From Candidatus Cloacimonadales bacterium (GTDB lineage: Bacteria; Cloacimonadota; Cloacimonadia; Cloacimonadales; JAIOQZ01), in assembly GCA_963665815.1 (NCBI GenBank), contig OY762463.1, positions 126,737 through 190,736 of the forward strand: DNA of 64,000 bases, read 5' to 3'. The notes under the pieces are model-generated. The model saw nothing but the letters and a program-made list of their open reading frames with translations, did no database searches and had not been told where the DNA came from. A program made the position numbers and the translations under genes. The stretch's first letter is position 1, and every line of letters begins with the position of its first letter. Positions 29,776 through 41,200 of this stretch are shown here, piece after piece.

Positions 29776-31431
29776 ATGAATGATGGATTTAAAGGCTCAG
29801 AAAGTTCTCACTTTCAGAAAGGCCTTCAGTACTTCAGAAAGAATGCTCTTGATAAAGCTGTAGAGCATTGGGAGAAGGCTACTGAGCAGGAAACAGTTAA
29901 TGCGGAAATATTTTCCGTGCTTGGTGGAGCATATAAGCTGTTGAATGAGTTTGATAAGAGTAGTCTTGCTTTGAAAAGAGCTCTTGATCTTGAACCTGAT
30001 AATTTTAAATACATATATAATTATGGTCTTATTCTCTTTGAACAGAAACGTTATAGAGAAGCTCTGGAAAAACTGAACTATGCTCTGCAACTTCATCCCG
30101 ATAATTTTGAGCTGATAAATGACATTGCCGTAATGTATTTCAATTTGAAAAATTATCCCAAGGCAGAAGAATATTTGATTAGAGCAACTGAGCTGAATCC
30201 TGATTATTACTTTGCACTGGTTAATCTTGGTTACGTTTATCTTTATACTGAAAGAATGGATGAGGCTGTGAAAGTAATGAAACGGTTGGATATGGCTAAT
30301 CTTCACAATATCGAAGTTGCTGATTTCCGACAGCAGCTTAAAACAATGCAGAATAATGACGATATGTCTGAAATTGATCCACATCTCGAGATGTCTGAGA
30401 AGACTTATGAGATTGAGCCTATCCATCTGATAAAAGACTTTGAGTTTGAATCTGTTGGTGACAGAATTGATCTTTCAATAGTTGTACCGATAATGAATGA
30501 AGAGGGTAATATCCAGATTCTGTACGATAAGATACAGGATGTGATGAAATCTTTAAAACAGTCATTCGAAATAATCTTTATTGATGACGGATCAAGAGAT
30601 AAATCTTTATCTATAATGAAAGAGATAGCTTCGAAAGATTCAAATGTCAGGGTAATTCAGTTCAGACGGAACTACGGACAGACTGCAGCAATTAGTGCCG
30701 GATTCAAATATGCCCACGGTGCAGTGATTATTACAATGGACGGAGATCTTCAAAACGATCCTGCTGATATTCCCAGGCTTCTGGAAAAAATGTCTGAAGG
30801 ATATGATCTGGTCAGTGGTTGGCGTAAAGATCGAAAAGATAAGGCATTAACAAGAAAAGTACCGTCTAAGGTTGCTAATGCCCTGATAAATAAACTGATT
30901 GCCGGTACAGGTATTCAGCTTCATGATTTCGGATGTACTCTGAAGGCTTACAAACGGGGAATTGTTAAGAACATAAATCTTTATGGGGAAATGCACAGAT
31001 TTATCCCTGTGTTTGCTGCCTGGATTGGTGTAAAAGTTACAGAAATCCCGGTTAAACACCATCCCCGAATTCATGGTTACGCCAAGTATAATCTCTCAAG
31101 AGTAACGAGAGTGATTTTTGACCTGCTGGTTGTCAGATTCTTCTCTGATTATATGACAAGACCGATTCAGTTTTTCGGTAAGATAGCCAAAAAAATACTC
31201 TTTACAGGAACAGGAATACTGATTGCTTCCGGTATTGTTAAAGCATTTCTGCCATTTCCATTTACCTGGGATACTTTACTGATTCTGTTCGGGATACTCT
31301 GTGTTTCCAGTTTTCAGATTGTGATTATGGGACTTCTCGGAGAAATGATAATAAGACACTATTTTGAAGGACAAAAGAAAGATTACTACATTGTTGAGAA
31401 TATACACAGCAAAGATACAGGAATAAATTAA
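29776..31431 (+). CDS. TPR + GT2 (ArnC/DPM1-like polyprenol-phosphate glycosyltransferase) fusion
   Basis: N-terminal TPRs; SIVVP..NE, DDGSRD, RNYGQTAA, MDGDLQNDP, HDFGCTLKAY, GEMHRFIP; two C-terminal TM helices. Confidence 0.9.
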   Translation: MNDGFKGSESSHFQKGLQYFRKNALDKAVEHWEKATEQETVNAEIFSVLGGAYKLLNEFDKSSLALKRALDLEPDNFKYIYNYGLILFEQKRYREALEKLNYALQLHPDNFELINDIAVMYFNLKNYPKAEEYLIRATELNPDYYFALVNLGYVYLYTERMDEAVKVMKRLDMANLHNIEVADFRQQLKTMQNNDDMSEIDPHLEMSEKTYEIEPIHLIKDFEFESVGDRIDLSIVVPIMNEEGNIQILYDKIQDVMKSLKQSFEIIFIDDGSRDKSLSIMKEIASKDSNVRVIQFRRNYGQTAAISAGFKYAHGAVIITMDGDLQNDPADIPRLLEKMSEGYDLVSGWRKDRKDKALTRKVPSKVANALINKLIAGTGIQLHDFGCTLKAYKRGIVKNINLYGEMHRFIPVFAAWIGVKVTEIPVKHHPRIHGYAKYNLSRVTRVIFDLLVVRFFSDYMTRPIQFFGKIAKKILFTGTGILIASGIVKAFLPFPFTWDTLLILFGILCVSSFQIVIMGLLGEMIIRHYFEGQKKDYYIVENIHSKDTGIN

Positions 31432-33335
31432 TGTGTGGGATAACCGGATATTTATCCAGGGATAAATTTGATATACAACTGCTGAAGAACATGACTGATA
31501 CTCTCTTTCATAGAGGACCGGACAGCAGCGGATATGAGATGTTAAAAGATGGTTCTGAGAAATGGTGTGTCGGTTTTGGTCACAGAAGATTGAGTATTCT
31601 GGACTTATCAGATAAAGGGCATCAACCGATGACAACATCTGACGGCAGGTTATGGATTACATTCAACGGAGAAATTTATAATTTTGCAGAGATAAAAAGT
31701 GATCTGCTGAATAGAGGGTATGTGTTTGATTCCATGACAGATACTGAAGTGATTCTGTATGGATACAGGGAATATGGTGATGAAATCTTTTCCAGAATGA
31801 ACGGAATGTTTGCACTGGCTATCTGGGATACAGTAAATTCAGAGCTGACAATTGCACGAGACCGTTTTGGACAAAAGCCGTTATTTTATTATCATGACGA
31901 GAGGAATTTTGCTTTCAGTTCTGAGCTGAAAGCTATACAATCATTAGATCATCTGGATTTTTCTATAGATATTAACAGTATTGCCCAGTATTTCCTTTTC
32001 GAGTATCTTCCTGCTCCAATGACTGTGTATAAGTCGATTCATAAGCTCGAGCAGGGACATGTTCTGAAATGGAGAGACAATAAAATCAATATTGATCGGT
32101 TCTGGGATGTATCTTTCGATAAGCATGACTCAGCAGGGATTTCTGAACTTGAAGCTGAAGAAAAGGTAATTGAGCTTCTGAAGGAATCTGTGAAAAAGCG
32201 TATGCTGTCGGATGTACCACTTGGTGTATTTCTCAGCGGAGGCATAGACTCCAGTGCTCTTGTAAGTTTAATGAGCGAAATAGTTCCATCCAGAAACATT
32301 AAGACATTCTCAATTGGATTCAAGGAAGCTTCATTTGATGAAACAACTTATGCAGATCAGGTCGCCAGACTTTATAGGACAGATCATCATCACAAGATAC
32401 TGTCAGCTGATAAAATGCTGAGTATTCTGCCGGATCTGCTGAATAAACTTGATGAGCCATTTGCAGACTCTTCCATTATTCCGACATATCTGCTTTCTGA
32501 ATTCACGAGAGAACATGTAACAGTTGCTTTGGGTGGAGATGGGGGAGATGAGCTGTTTGCAGGTTATGACCCGTTTCTTGCTCATAGATTTGCAGAGATG
32601 TATCAATTAATGCCTGAAGCAATGCATAAGTTTTTGTATAACTTTATAATTAAAAAACTGCCAGTATCCAGTAAAAATCTGAGTTTTGATTTTAAATTGA
32701 AACAGTTCAGTAAGGGACTTTATTCCGACTCGGTAATAAGAAACCAGAAATGGCTGGGAGCATTTACCGATTCAGAGTTAAAGGGCTTGTTTACATCCGG
32801 GGCTGAAGAGAGCATAGACTTTACTCAACCTTACAGTCAGGTTCTGCAACATAAAGCACAGTTGGGAGATAAGTCTTTCTGGAACAATTTGCTTTATCAA
32901 TACCAGAAGCTGTATCTTGCAGATGATATTCTTGTTAAAATTGACAGAGCTTCCATGATGCACTCGCTTGAAGCCAGATCTCCATTTCTGGATCATGAAT
33001 TAGCTGAATTCGTGAATTCACTGCCATTCAATTTCAAGATGAGAAGACTTACCCGTAAATACGTACTAAAAAAATCACTTGAATCCAGATTACCGGAAAA
33101 CATCCTCTACAGAAAGAAAAAAGGATTCGGAATTCCTCTTACTGCCTGGATAAAAGATAAGCTGAATGATGAAATATCTTCAACAATTCTGGATGACAGC
33201 TTGTACAAAAGCGGTATTTTCAACAGAAAGCACGTGAAACAGCTTTTTGATGATCATATTAAGGGGAAAGTTGATAACCGCAAGAAATTATGGGCTTTCT
33301 ATGTGTTTGCTAAGGTTATGGGGGGAAGATTGTAA
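31431..33335 (+). CDS. asnB: Asparagine synthase (glutamine-hydrolysing) family amidotransferase
   Basis: MCGI, HRGPD, RRLSILD, FNGEIYN, LSGGIDSS, GDGGDELFAGY, R.PFLD, KKGF. Translationally coupled to the GT2 gene. Confidence 0.92.
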   Translation: MCGITGYLSRDKFDIQLLKNMTDTLFHRGPDSSGYEMLKDGSEKWCVGFGHRRLSILDLSDKGHQPMTTSDGRLWITFNGEIYNFAEIKSDLLNRGYVFDSMTDTEVILYGYREYGDEIFSRMNGMFALAIWDTVNSELTIARDRFGQKPLFYYHDERNFAFSSELKAIQSLDHLDFSIDINSIAQYFLFEYLPAPMTVYKSIHKLEQGHVLKWRDNKINIDRFWDVSFDKHDSAGISELEAEEKVIELLKESVKKRMLSDVPLGVFLSGGIDSSALVSLMSEIVPSRNIKTFSIGFKEASFDETTYADQVARLYRTDHHHKILSADKMLSILPDLLNKLDEPFADSSIIPTYLLSEFTREHVTVALGGDGGDELFAGYDPFLAHRFAEMYQLMPEAMHKFLYNFIIKKLPVSSKNLSFDFKLKQFSKGLYSDSVIRNQKWLGAFTDSELKGLFTSGAEESIDFTQPYSQVLQHKAQLGDKSFWNNLLYQYQKLYLADDILVKIDRASMMHSLEARSPFLDHELAEFVNSLPFNFKMRRLTRKYVLKKSLESRLPENILYRKKKGFGIPLTAWIKDKLNDEISSTILDDSLYKSGIFNRKHVKQLFDDHIKGKVDNRKKLWAFYVFAKVMGGRL

Positions 33336-33463
33336 TGAGTCGATTTCTGGTTAAAGATAGATGATTTATCGTCAGTCTTGAAAGTTCAAATAAACAAAGA
33401 AATACAATGATATCCTCAAAAGCTATGAACTAAGTGCCGTAGAGATGAAATGACTATTACAAA

Positions 33464-34411
33464 CTAATAAACTCTTTTAACGATTTCTTCCACATCTTTT
33501 GCATTACCGAATACAAAGAAATGAAGTCCGGGCATACCATAATCAAGCAGTTTTCTGCATAAATCAGACATAAAGTCTACACCGCATTCGAAAGCTTTCT
33601 GTTTATCATGTATCGAGAGCATCCTTTTTTTGAAATCTTCCGGGATAGATACATTAAATGTTTCTTCGTAGCGTCTGACCTGCTTGGATTTAGTGATGGG
33701 ACGTAGTCCGGGAAAAATAGGTACCGTGATCCCAGCCTGTCTGCATTTTTGCTCCCATTCAACGAATTTATCAAAATCGTAGAACATCTGGGTTACAATA
33801 TATGAAGCTCCGGCATCGACCTTCTTTTTTAGCCAGTTTATGTCTGTTTCCAGAGATGCAGCTTCTTTATGCTTTTCCGGATATCCGGCAACACCTATAC
33901 AGAATGCAGGGGATACTTTGGGTGATAGCTGATGGATATAGTGATGATCGTTCATTTCTGTAATGTGTTCCACAAGTCCAATCGCATGTGGGAACGCAGA
34001 CTTTTCATTGATGAATTTTTTATCACCTTTGGGTTTGTCACCTCTCAGAGCCAGAACGTTATCAATTCCCAGAAAGCACAGATCAAACAGCGCATCTTCC
34101 GTTTCAAACTTATCGAACCCACCGCAGAGGATATGAGGAACAACCTCAATGTTATATTTATATCTGATAGCTCCGCAGACACCAACTATACTCGCGTGTT
34201 TCTGATATGTGATTGTCTTGAGTTTATTGTCAATCATCTGTTCGGAGATAGTTTCTCTATGGTAAGTAACATTTACAAATGCTGGATTATATGGCACGAG
34301 TCTATCAATTACCTTGAATATTTGACTAATAGATTTTGTTTTCAAAGGAGGTGTTACTTCTATGGAGAAAAGAGGTTCGGATGAACTTTTCAGATACTCT
34401 GTAACTTGCAT
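33464..34411 (-). CDS. metF: Methylenetetrahydrofolate reductase
   Basis: SIEVTPP, VTY, LALRGD, VAGYPEKH, KKVDAGA.Y.VTQMF. Confidence 0.94.
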   Translation of the reverse strand: MQVTEYLKSSSEPLFSIEVTPPLKTKSISQIFKVIDRLVPYNPAFVNVTYHRETISEQMIDNKLKTITYQKHASIVGVCGAIRYKYNIEVVPHILCGGFDKFETEDALFDLCFLGIDNVLALRGDKPKGDKKFINEKSAFPHAIGLVEHITEMNDHHYIHQLSPKVSPAFCIGVAGYPEKHKEAASLETDINWLKKKVDAGASYIVTQMFYDFDKFVEWEQKCRQAGITVPIFPGLRPITKSKQVRRYEETFNVSIPEDFKKRMLSIHDKQKAFECGVDFMSDLCRKLLDYGMPGLHFFVFGNAKDVEEIVKRVY

Positions 34412-34642
34412 AACATACTCCTGGAATACTTTAGTCTATTATCGTCAGAATTCAATGATATATAAATAATAATCTTATTGATTCCGGAGCAAAGAATTTT
34501 AGTTGTAATATTGATCCGAATACATGGTTTTCAGAAAAGAGTGGATACCAAACTATTAAAAAAGAAATATTGACCTCATTTGTGTAAAATAGTTATCATT
34601 TTAATGATATGCACGATAATTACAGAGATTGAGGAAAAGTAT

Positions 34643-37600
34643 ATGGATTTCAGAGAATTTATCAGTAATAATATCTGTTTGTTTGATGGTGCTATGGGAA
34701 CATCAATACAAGGTCTGGGGCTTGATGATAGTGATTTTGGAGATTTTTCGGGTTGCAACGAATGGCTTGTAATGTCAATACCCGGGAAAATCATTGAAAT
34801 ACATGAATCCTATCTGAAGGCAGGTGCAAATGTTGTTGAAACCAATACTTTTGGGGCTAATGAGATAACTCTATCAGAGTTTGGACTTGCAGATCTGACA
34901 TACGAGATTAATAAACGTGCCGCTGAAATTGCTGTTCATGCTGTTGACAAATATAGGATGAAAAGACCGGTTTTCGTTTCAGGATCAATCGGACCGGGCA
35001 GTAAGCTTCCATCGCTTCTACAAGTAGATTTTACGACATTGAAAAATGCATATATTCCTCAGATTCGTGGTTTAATCGACGGTGGTGTGGACATACTCCA
35101 AATTGAAACATGTCAGGATTTACTTCAGATTAAAGCCGCATACAACGCTGCACAGATTATCTTCGAAGAAACAGGAACAAAAATTCCAATCTTTGTACAG
35201 GTGACTATGCAGGAGAACGGCAGAATGTTACTTGGTTCAGATTTATCTGCAGTTGTCAGAACTCTAAGTAATCTCGATATCGATGTGATAGGGCTTAACT
35301 GTGGAACCGGACCGGTGCAGATGAGAGATTATGTGAGGATTTTATCTGATATAAGTGATAAGCCAGTATCAGTATTGCCCAATGCCGGATTACCTGTTCT
35401 ACGTAATGACAGACTGGAATATGATATTACTCCTGAACTTTTTGCAGAATATGTTTCAGGATATGTCAGAGATTTCGGCATAAATATTGTAGGTGGGTGT
35501 TGTGGAACTACTCAGGAGCATATTAGTCTTTTGCATAATAAGTTAAAAGGCTTGAAACATTACGTGAGACTTGTAAAAAAAAGCGGATATGTTTCATCAA
35601 TGTTCTCAGGACAGGAAACGAAAGTTGAACCTGCTCCTTTCATAATAGGGGAGAAGTGCAATACAAACGGATCAAAACGATTCAGAAGACTGCTCAAAGA
35701 AGAAAAATGGGATGAGATTGTCAGTATGGCACTTGAGCAGCAGAATGAGGGTGCTCATGCTATAGATTTGTGTACTGCTCTGACAGATAGAAACGAGAAA
35801 GACGATATGGTGCAAATTGTCAAAATGCTGAACACGGATATACAGCTTCCATTAATGATAGATTCAACAAGCTATGAAGTTATTGAAAATGCTCTTCAAT
35901 GTTATGGGGGAAAACCGATTATAAACTCTGCGACATTTGAAAATGGAGACAAGCCTGTTAAGGAATATATCAGGTTATGCCGATTGTACAGTGCTTCTTT
36001 GATATGCCTGGCAATTGATGAAAAAGGGATGGCTGATAATGCTCAAGATAAAATAAAAATCTTCGAACGATTCCATAGATTAACTCAGATAGAGGGTTTA
36101 ATGGAAAGTGATATGTTCTTTGACTGTCTTACATTCACCCTCGGAACAGGAGATAAGTCTTACAGTAATTCAGCAAATGAGTCTTTGAAGGCAATTAAAC
36201 ACATTCATGATAACTATCCTGAAGTTAATCTCATAATGGGTATCAGTAATGTTTCTTATGGACTGAAGAAGAACTCCAGAAAGGTTCTCAATTCGGTGTT
36301 CCTGCATGAGTGCATTGCCCATGGTCTGAATGCTGCAATTGTTGACGCCGGTAAGATAATACCGGTCTATGAGCTGGATAAGACTGATCTTGATGTATGC
36401 CGAGATTTGATCTACAATAGAAAAGCTGATGCATTGGAGCAGTTTATATCCAGGTTCTCTGATTTCTCTTTCAGGAGTGAAATAGTTAGTGAGAAATTAT
36501 CGGTATCTGACAAAGTAAAAGATTGTATAATAAAAGGAAAGACGTCAGAAATTAAAGTATTTCTTAATGAATTATTGAATGATATGAAACCTGCTGTAAT
36601 CGTGAATGAAGTACTATTAAGTAGCATGTCTGAGGTTGGTGAGTTATTTGGAAGAGGGGAGCTGCAATTGCCATTCGTACTTAAATCAGCTGAAGTTATG
36701 AAAAAAGCTGTCAGCTATCTTGAGAACTTTTTTGAGTCCGATGCCGTGAAAAAGAAATCTACAATACTGCTTGCAACTGTACAGGGAGATGTTCACGATA
36801 TTGGGAAAAATTTGGTGGAGATCATTCTCTCCAACAACGGTTATAATGTGATTGATCTGGGTGTAAAGCAGACATCTCAGCAGATTGCTGATGCAGTAAG
36901 GAACTATAGCCCTGATTTTATCGGATTGAGTGCATTGCTGATTAAATCTACGTATGAGATAAAAAACGCTCTTATTTATCTAAGGGACAATGGAATATCT
37001 GTGCCTGTGCTGTGTGGCGGTGCAGCCCTTAATGACAGTTTCGTGAGAAAGGAGTTACAGCTTGTTTATAAAGGTACAGTAGTATATTGCAAAGATGCTC
37101 TGGCAGGTTTAAACTATCTTGATAACTATAAGCAGGAAGACAAGATTAAATCGGAAACTGTTAAGTCTGATAAGGTGATAGAGTCTGCAAAATGTAATTG
37201 CCCAGCAACAAGAAAGTGGAATGACAATATCATACCTGATCCGCCTTATTTAGGGTGTTCCATGCCGGAGGTTGTCAATCTGGATGATCTGAAAATCTGG
37301 CTGAACAAAAGATTCCTATATTACACACAATGGGGTCTGAAGGCTTCAGCTTTGGCAGTAGATGCTGAAATGAGACATTTTGCGGAAAGTAAAATCGAAG
37401 AGCTGTTCCGGATAGGCAAAGAGATTGTAAAACCTGCTTATATAAAGGCTTATTTTGAATGTGCTGCTGAGGGTGAACAACTTTTGATTTATACAAAAGA
37501 TCCAGGACTTAGCTCTGATGTTGCTATTGATACGCCTTTTAGTGGGGGAAAGAGCTGTCGAAGTGTTGGTAGCTATTTCAGGAAAACAACGGACCGGAGA

Positions 37601-38005
37601 CGTGATTTGTGCGCTTTTCAGGTTGTGACTCTCGGAAAGAAAGCTGTTGAGTATGCTGCAGAGCTTAAAATGCAGGATAAATATCAGGACTACCTGCTCT
37701 GGCATGGGTTCTGTGCAGCCCTGACAGAAGCTCTGGCAGCAGCTTGTCATTATGAGATTAGAAAAGAGCTGAAGATTGAGAAAGGTTTTACTCCTGATCC
37801 TGACAGGGATTTTAAGAACAGGTATCAGGGAGCAAGATACAGCTTTGGTTATAATTGCTGTCCGGATATGAATAATCAGAGAGATGTATTAAAGTTATTA
37901 AAAGCCGAGAGAATAGGATTGAGTATGAATAAGGCGGATCAGATAATACCGGAATACTCCACCTGTGCGTTAATCAGCCATAATCCACAGTCGATGTATT
38001 GGTAG
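34643..38005 (+). CDS. metH: Cobalamin-dependent methionine synthase
   Basis: DGAMGT, ETNTFGA, GLNC, PNAGLP, GGCCGT, IGEKCN.NGS, GDVHDIGKNLV, RYSFGY..CP. GAGG RBS before the ATG at 34643. Confidence 0.95.
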   Translation: MDFREFISNNICLFDGAMGTSIQGLGLDDSDFGDFSGCNEWLVMSIPGKIIEIHESYLKAGANVVETNTFGANEITLSEFGLADLTYEINKRAAEIAVHAVDKYRMKRPVFVSGSIGPGSKLPSLLQVDFTTLKNAYIPQIRGLIDGGVDILQIETCQDLLQIKAAYNAAQIIFEETGTKIPIFVQVTMQENGRMLLGSDLSAVVRTLSNLDIDVIGLNCGTGPVQMRDYVRILSDISDKPVSVLPNAGLPVLRNDRLEYDITPELFAEYVSGYVRDFGINIVGGCCGTTQEHISLLHNKLKGLKHYVRLVKKSGYVSSMFSGQETKVEPAPFIIGEKCNTNGSKRFRRLLKEEKWDEIVSMALEQQNEGAHAIDLCTALTDRNEKDDMVQIVKMLNTDIQLPLMIDSTSYEVIENALQCYGGKPIINSATFENGDKPVKEYIRLCRLYSASLICLAIDEKGMADNAQDKIKIFERFHRLTQIEGLMESDMFFDCLTFTLGTGDKSYSNSANESLKAIKHIHDNYPEVNLIMGISNVSYGLKKNSRKVLNSVFLHECIAHGLNAAIVDAGKIIPVYELDKTDLDVCRDLIYNRKADALEQFISRFSDFSFRSEIVSEKLSVSDKVKDCIIKGKTSEIKVFLNELLNDMKPAVIVNEVLLSSMSEVGELFGRGELQLPFVLKSAEVMKKAVSYLENFFESDAVKKKSTILLATVQGDVHDIGKNLVEIILSNNGYNVIDLGVKQTSQQIADAVRNYSPDFIGLSALLIKSTYEIKNALIYLRDNGISVPVLCGGAALNDSFVRKELQLVYKGTVVYCKDALAGLNYLDNYKQEDKIKSETVKSDKVIESAKCNCPATRKWNDNIIPDPPYLGCSMPEVVNLDDLKIWLNKRFLYYTQWGLKASALAVDAEMRHFAESKIEELFRIGKEIVKPAYIKAYFECAAEGEQLLIYTKDPGLSSDVAIDTPFSGGKSCRSVGSYFRKTTDRRRDLCAFQVVTLGKKAVEYAAELKMQDKYQDYLLWHGFCAALTEALAAACHYEIRKELKIEKGFTPDPDRDFKNRYQGARYSFGYNCCPDMNNQRDVLKLLKAERIGLSMNKADQIIPEYSTCALISHNPQSMYW

Positions 38006-38077
38006 AAATGAAAACAGTTGAATAAAAGGCTATTCTAAGGTCGGTAAGAATTCCACAGTCAATGTATTGGTAGAAAT
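37984..38077 (+). repeat. 26-bp direct repeat of the metH 3' end (37984-38009 and 38052-38077)
   Basis: TCCACAGTC(G/A)ATGTATTGGTAGAAAT, 25/26 identical, separated by 42 bp. Confidence 0.9.
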
Positions 38078-38245
38078 AATCATCTAACTCGTGAAAGCTT
38101 GTACAGCTCAACCAACCGCGTAGAGACAACCGGATGGTTGGCTCATGAATGTCTGAACTTTGATTTGTGTGATATTACTGATTTGATGGATTGCAACATC
38201 AAAGAGATGTTGAAAAGTAACGCATTGACAGGAGCCCAAAAAAAA

Positions 38246-41200
38246 TTATCCAATATTAGAGAGTCTGATGAAAGTATTATACGATTTCCAATACGTTTCG
38301 ACATCAATATCTAGCTCATTATCATACATTAGTTTTAGCATATTACCTAAGAAAAAATCAGTTCTATGAAAATAATTGCTATTTAGACTCTTGCTTGATA
38401 TTGCATTATATATAATTGTTTTGATTTTTCTTCTGATCAATTCTTTTGGAAAAACTGAATACAAATCTATATATGCAAGTGTGAAACCATGTCCATCATG
38501 ATAGCATGCAACTTCTTCAGGGAGTAAATGATTTCTTTCTATGTATTCAGTATCATCATCATGTAATATCTTTATTTTTTGATGTTCATTTTGTAACTGG
38601 ATTTCTTCTTTGGCGTCTTTGATCTTGAAAAGGTCTTTGTACTCTAATGGAATTTCCAATTTTCCAAAGTCATTACTATTTATATTTATTCTGAATTTCC
38701 ATTCTTTTAAAATTCCCAGAAAGTAAGTTTTTTTTTCTGATTTAAGTACGTTTACAATATTCTTATAATCAAATTTATGAGAATATATTCTGTGTTCCAA
38801 CTCTTCAAAAATAATGCGGTCAAACAAGTCGTTGGAGATACAGTTTATAAGCTTGATAGGTAGATTAAACCAAAGAACAATTCCCTCATCATTTGTGTAA
38901 TTTTCCTGAATTATTTCTACTATTTTGCTTGAATGGTTTTCCATATACTCATTTAAAAGGTGCTTGTAGTCCTTTTCTGAAACATCTTGCACTTTCTTAA
39001 TAAAGCGTATTGAGTCTTCTTCCTTAATAAGTGATTTCAACTCGAATACTGTTAATGCATTAGGTATACTCTGAAGAGAATAATCTCTTCTGTTATGATA
39101 TTTTAACCAAATTGGATAAATAGCTTCAATATCAAAGATTCGTTTCTCGTTATTAGCCATTCTAAGGAAATTCTTCACTTCATTAATAAGTTCGAAATTG
39201 TTCATTTCTATTCTATTTTTAAGGAACTCATCCATACTGTTACTGCTATATATGTTGTCAGATTTAATTATATTACGAACCTGAAGCTCTTTGATGGCAA
39301 GATTAAGATATCTATGTAACAGATAACGAGATCTTTGCCAAGAAGGGCAATTTCTTAGAAGTAATTCTAATGCATTTTGCTTCTTGTTTTTTCGAAATAG
39401 CTCTATGCTCTTAAATAAGAAAGAGTAATCACGATGATTATCCTTATAGATGTAAGAATTGACTAATATATATACAATTTCATTTTCATCAGAAATTCTA
39501 TTTGTATCATGAAGGTTTCTTCGAAGTGCATCTTCAGGAATTTTTATCTCATGCCATTTGAAAAAAGAATCTTCTTTGATCTTCATTGCCTGAATTTCCT
39601 TAGGAAAATCAGAAGAATCGAACGGATTATCAGAATATTGCCTTGATAACAACGAGATATCATGTTCTTCGATATAAAATAACATTGCGAATAAACAGCC
39701 ATTGCTTACAATGTCATCATAACTATAGTTATTGCATAATAGATTTTTTGTGAGGAGGTACATGAAATCATGGTGGTCATAAATATGACTTCTTCCTATA
39801 ATAGAACAAATTATGGCAAGATTGTAATATTCAATTAACTCGAATTCTTCTGGATGAAAATCACTTAAACTAAGACGCAAATTGAAATAAAAGTCTGAGA
39901 TGTTTTCAAAGTCAATTGTATTTACAGTCAGCTTTTCGAATTCTCCAATATTTGAATATTTCTTTATGATTTCATAATTTTGTTCTTTTGTTAAGTTTAG
40001 CAATATGTATCTTGATAAGAAACGCCTTTCACGATTCATAATAGAACTATATACATGTGACCGGATCTGATTTTGAAGCTCAATATCTACTCCAAATTTA
40101 ATCCTAAGGAAAGTAGTAAAACTATCATGTAGTAATGATACTCTATTAAGTTGTTTTTCAAACAAGTATGGATGTTCTCTTATAAATTCAAAGATAATTA
40201 CCGAGGTCATTCGACCAAGAAAAACTTCTATTTCAGATTCCATAAAAAAAGTATGTGCACATAAGAATAGAGAAAGTGCTTTCATTCCCTTTTCTTTGGT
40301 GATTAACTTGTCGTAATAACTATTTACATCTGAAAGTTGATCTAGTTCAGGTAGTTTTTTATGCAACTTGAAATGCTCAGATATGAACTTTACAAGTATC
40401 GCATAACCCTTAGTGATTCTGTAAACTTCATTACAGATATTAATGTCCTTTATTCCATATAATTCATCTAATACTTGCCTTGTCTGATCAAAGTTCCAGT
40501 TTGGTAGAATCACTTTCTTGCATTCAAATGATCTTATGATTGGTCTGGAAAGTACGATTGTCCTACAGTATTTAGCAGCCTTAAGAATAAAATTATAATA
40601 TAAATCAAAATCCTTGTGATTGTAATTTTCTATATGATCTAGCCCATCTAATATTAATGTGTATTTTCTTTTATTAAGTTCTTCCAAAATCTCATTCTCA
40701 CTTCTGAGTATGTAATTGTGAAACACTTTTTTGGATAAATCAGAAATGAAGTTTCTGTACTTCAATCTGTTTTCATAATCATTATCTTGATTCGATATCC
40801 AAAAGCGATATAATATGGTATCTGATCCATCTTTTGTTAATATACTCACATAATGGCTTTTACCTATTCCCGGTTTTCCTTCAACATGTAAAAGGTTTTC
40901 AAATTCCATTTTCTCATAAATTACGTTAACAGTCTTATCAGTTAATTCAGTCATGTAAGTTTTTACTGTTGGGAGATCACTTAAATTAATATTTAATTTA
41001 CGAGTGTTTAGACATTTTTGAAAAAAAGATTGAAGCTGATACATTCTTTCAAAATCATTATTATATAGCGTTGCTATTTCTTCTATTAATGTATTTTCTG
41101 AATGGGAAATTACAAAATAATCATCAATTTTACGAGTTGGAATGCCTAATATATAGTATGTAGACTCAAAATCAATTTCATTCACAAAAACTACATTATT

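Noticed and set aside
34412..34642. SAM or cobalamin riboswitch between the divergent metF and metH genes
   Set aside because: No SAM-I or B12-box motifs and no terminator hairpin seen on either strand.
37984..38077. CRISPR mini-array (26-bp repeats with a 42-bp spacer)
   Set aside because: Only two copies, the first is metH coding sequence, the repeat is not palindromic, and there are no cas genes.
38082..38212. Integron attC site
   Set aside because: RYYYAAC is present but there is no properly spaced complementary GTTRRRY and no integrase. Kept only as a low-interest structured spacer.
38099..38314. 71-aa plus-strand ORF
   Set aside because: TTG start, no RBS, no recognisable motif, and it overlaps the end of the nuclease-NTPase gene.
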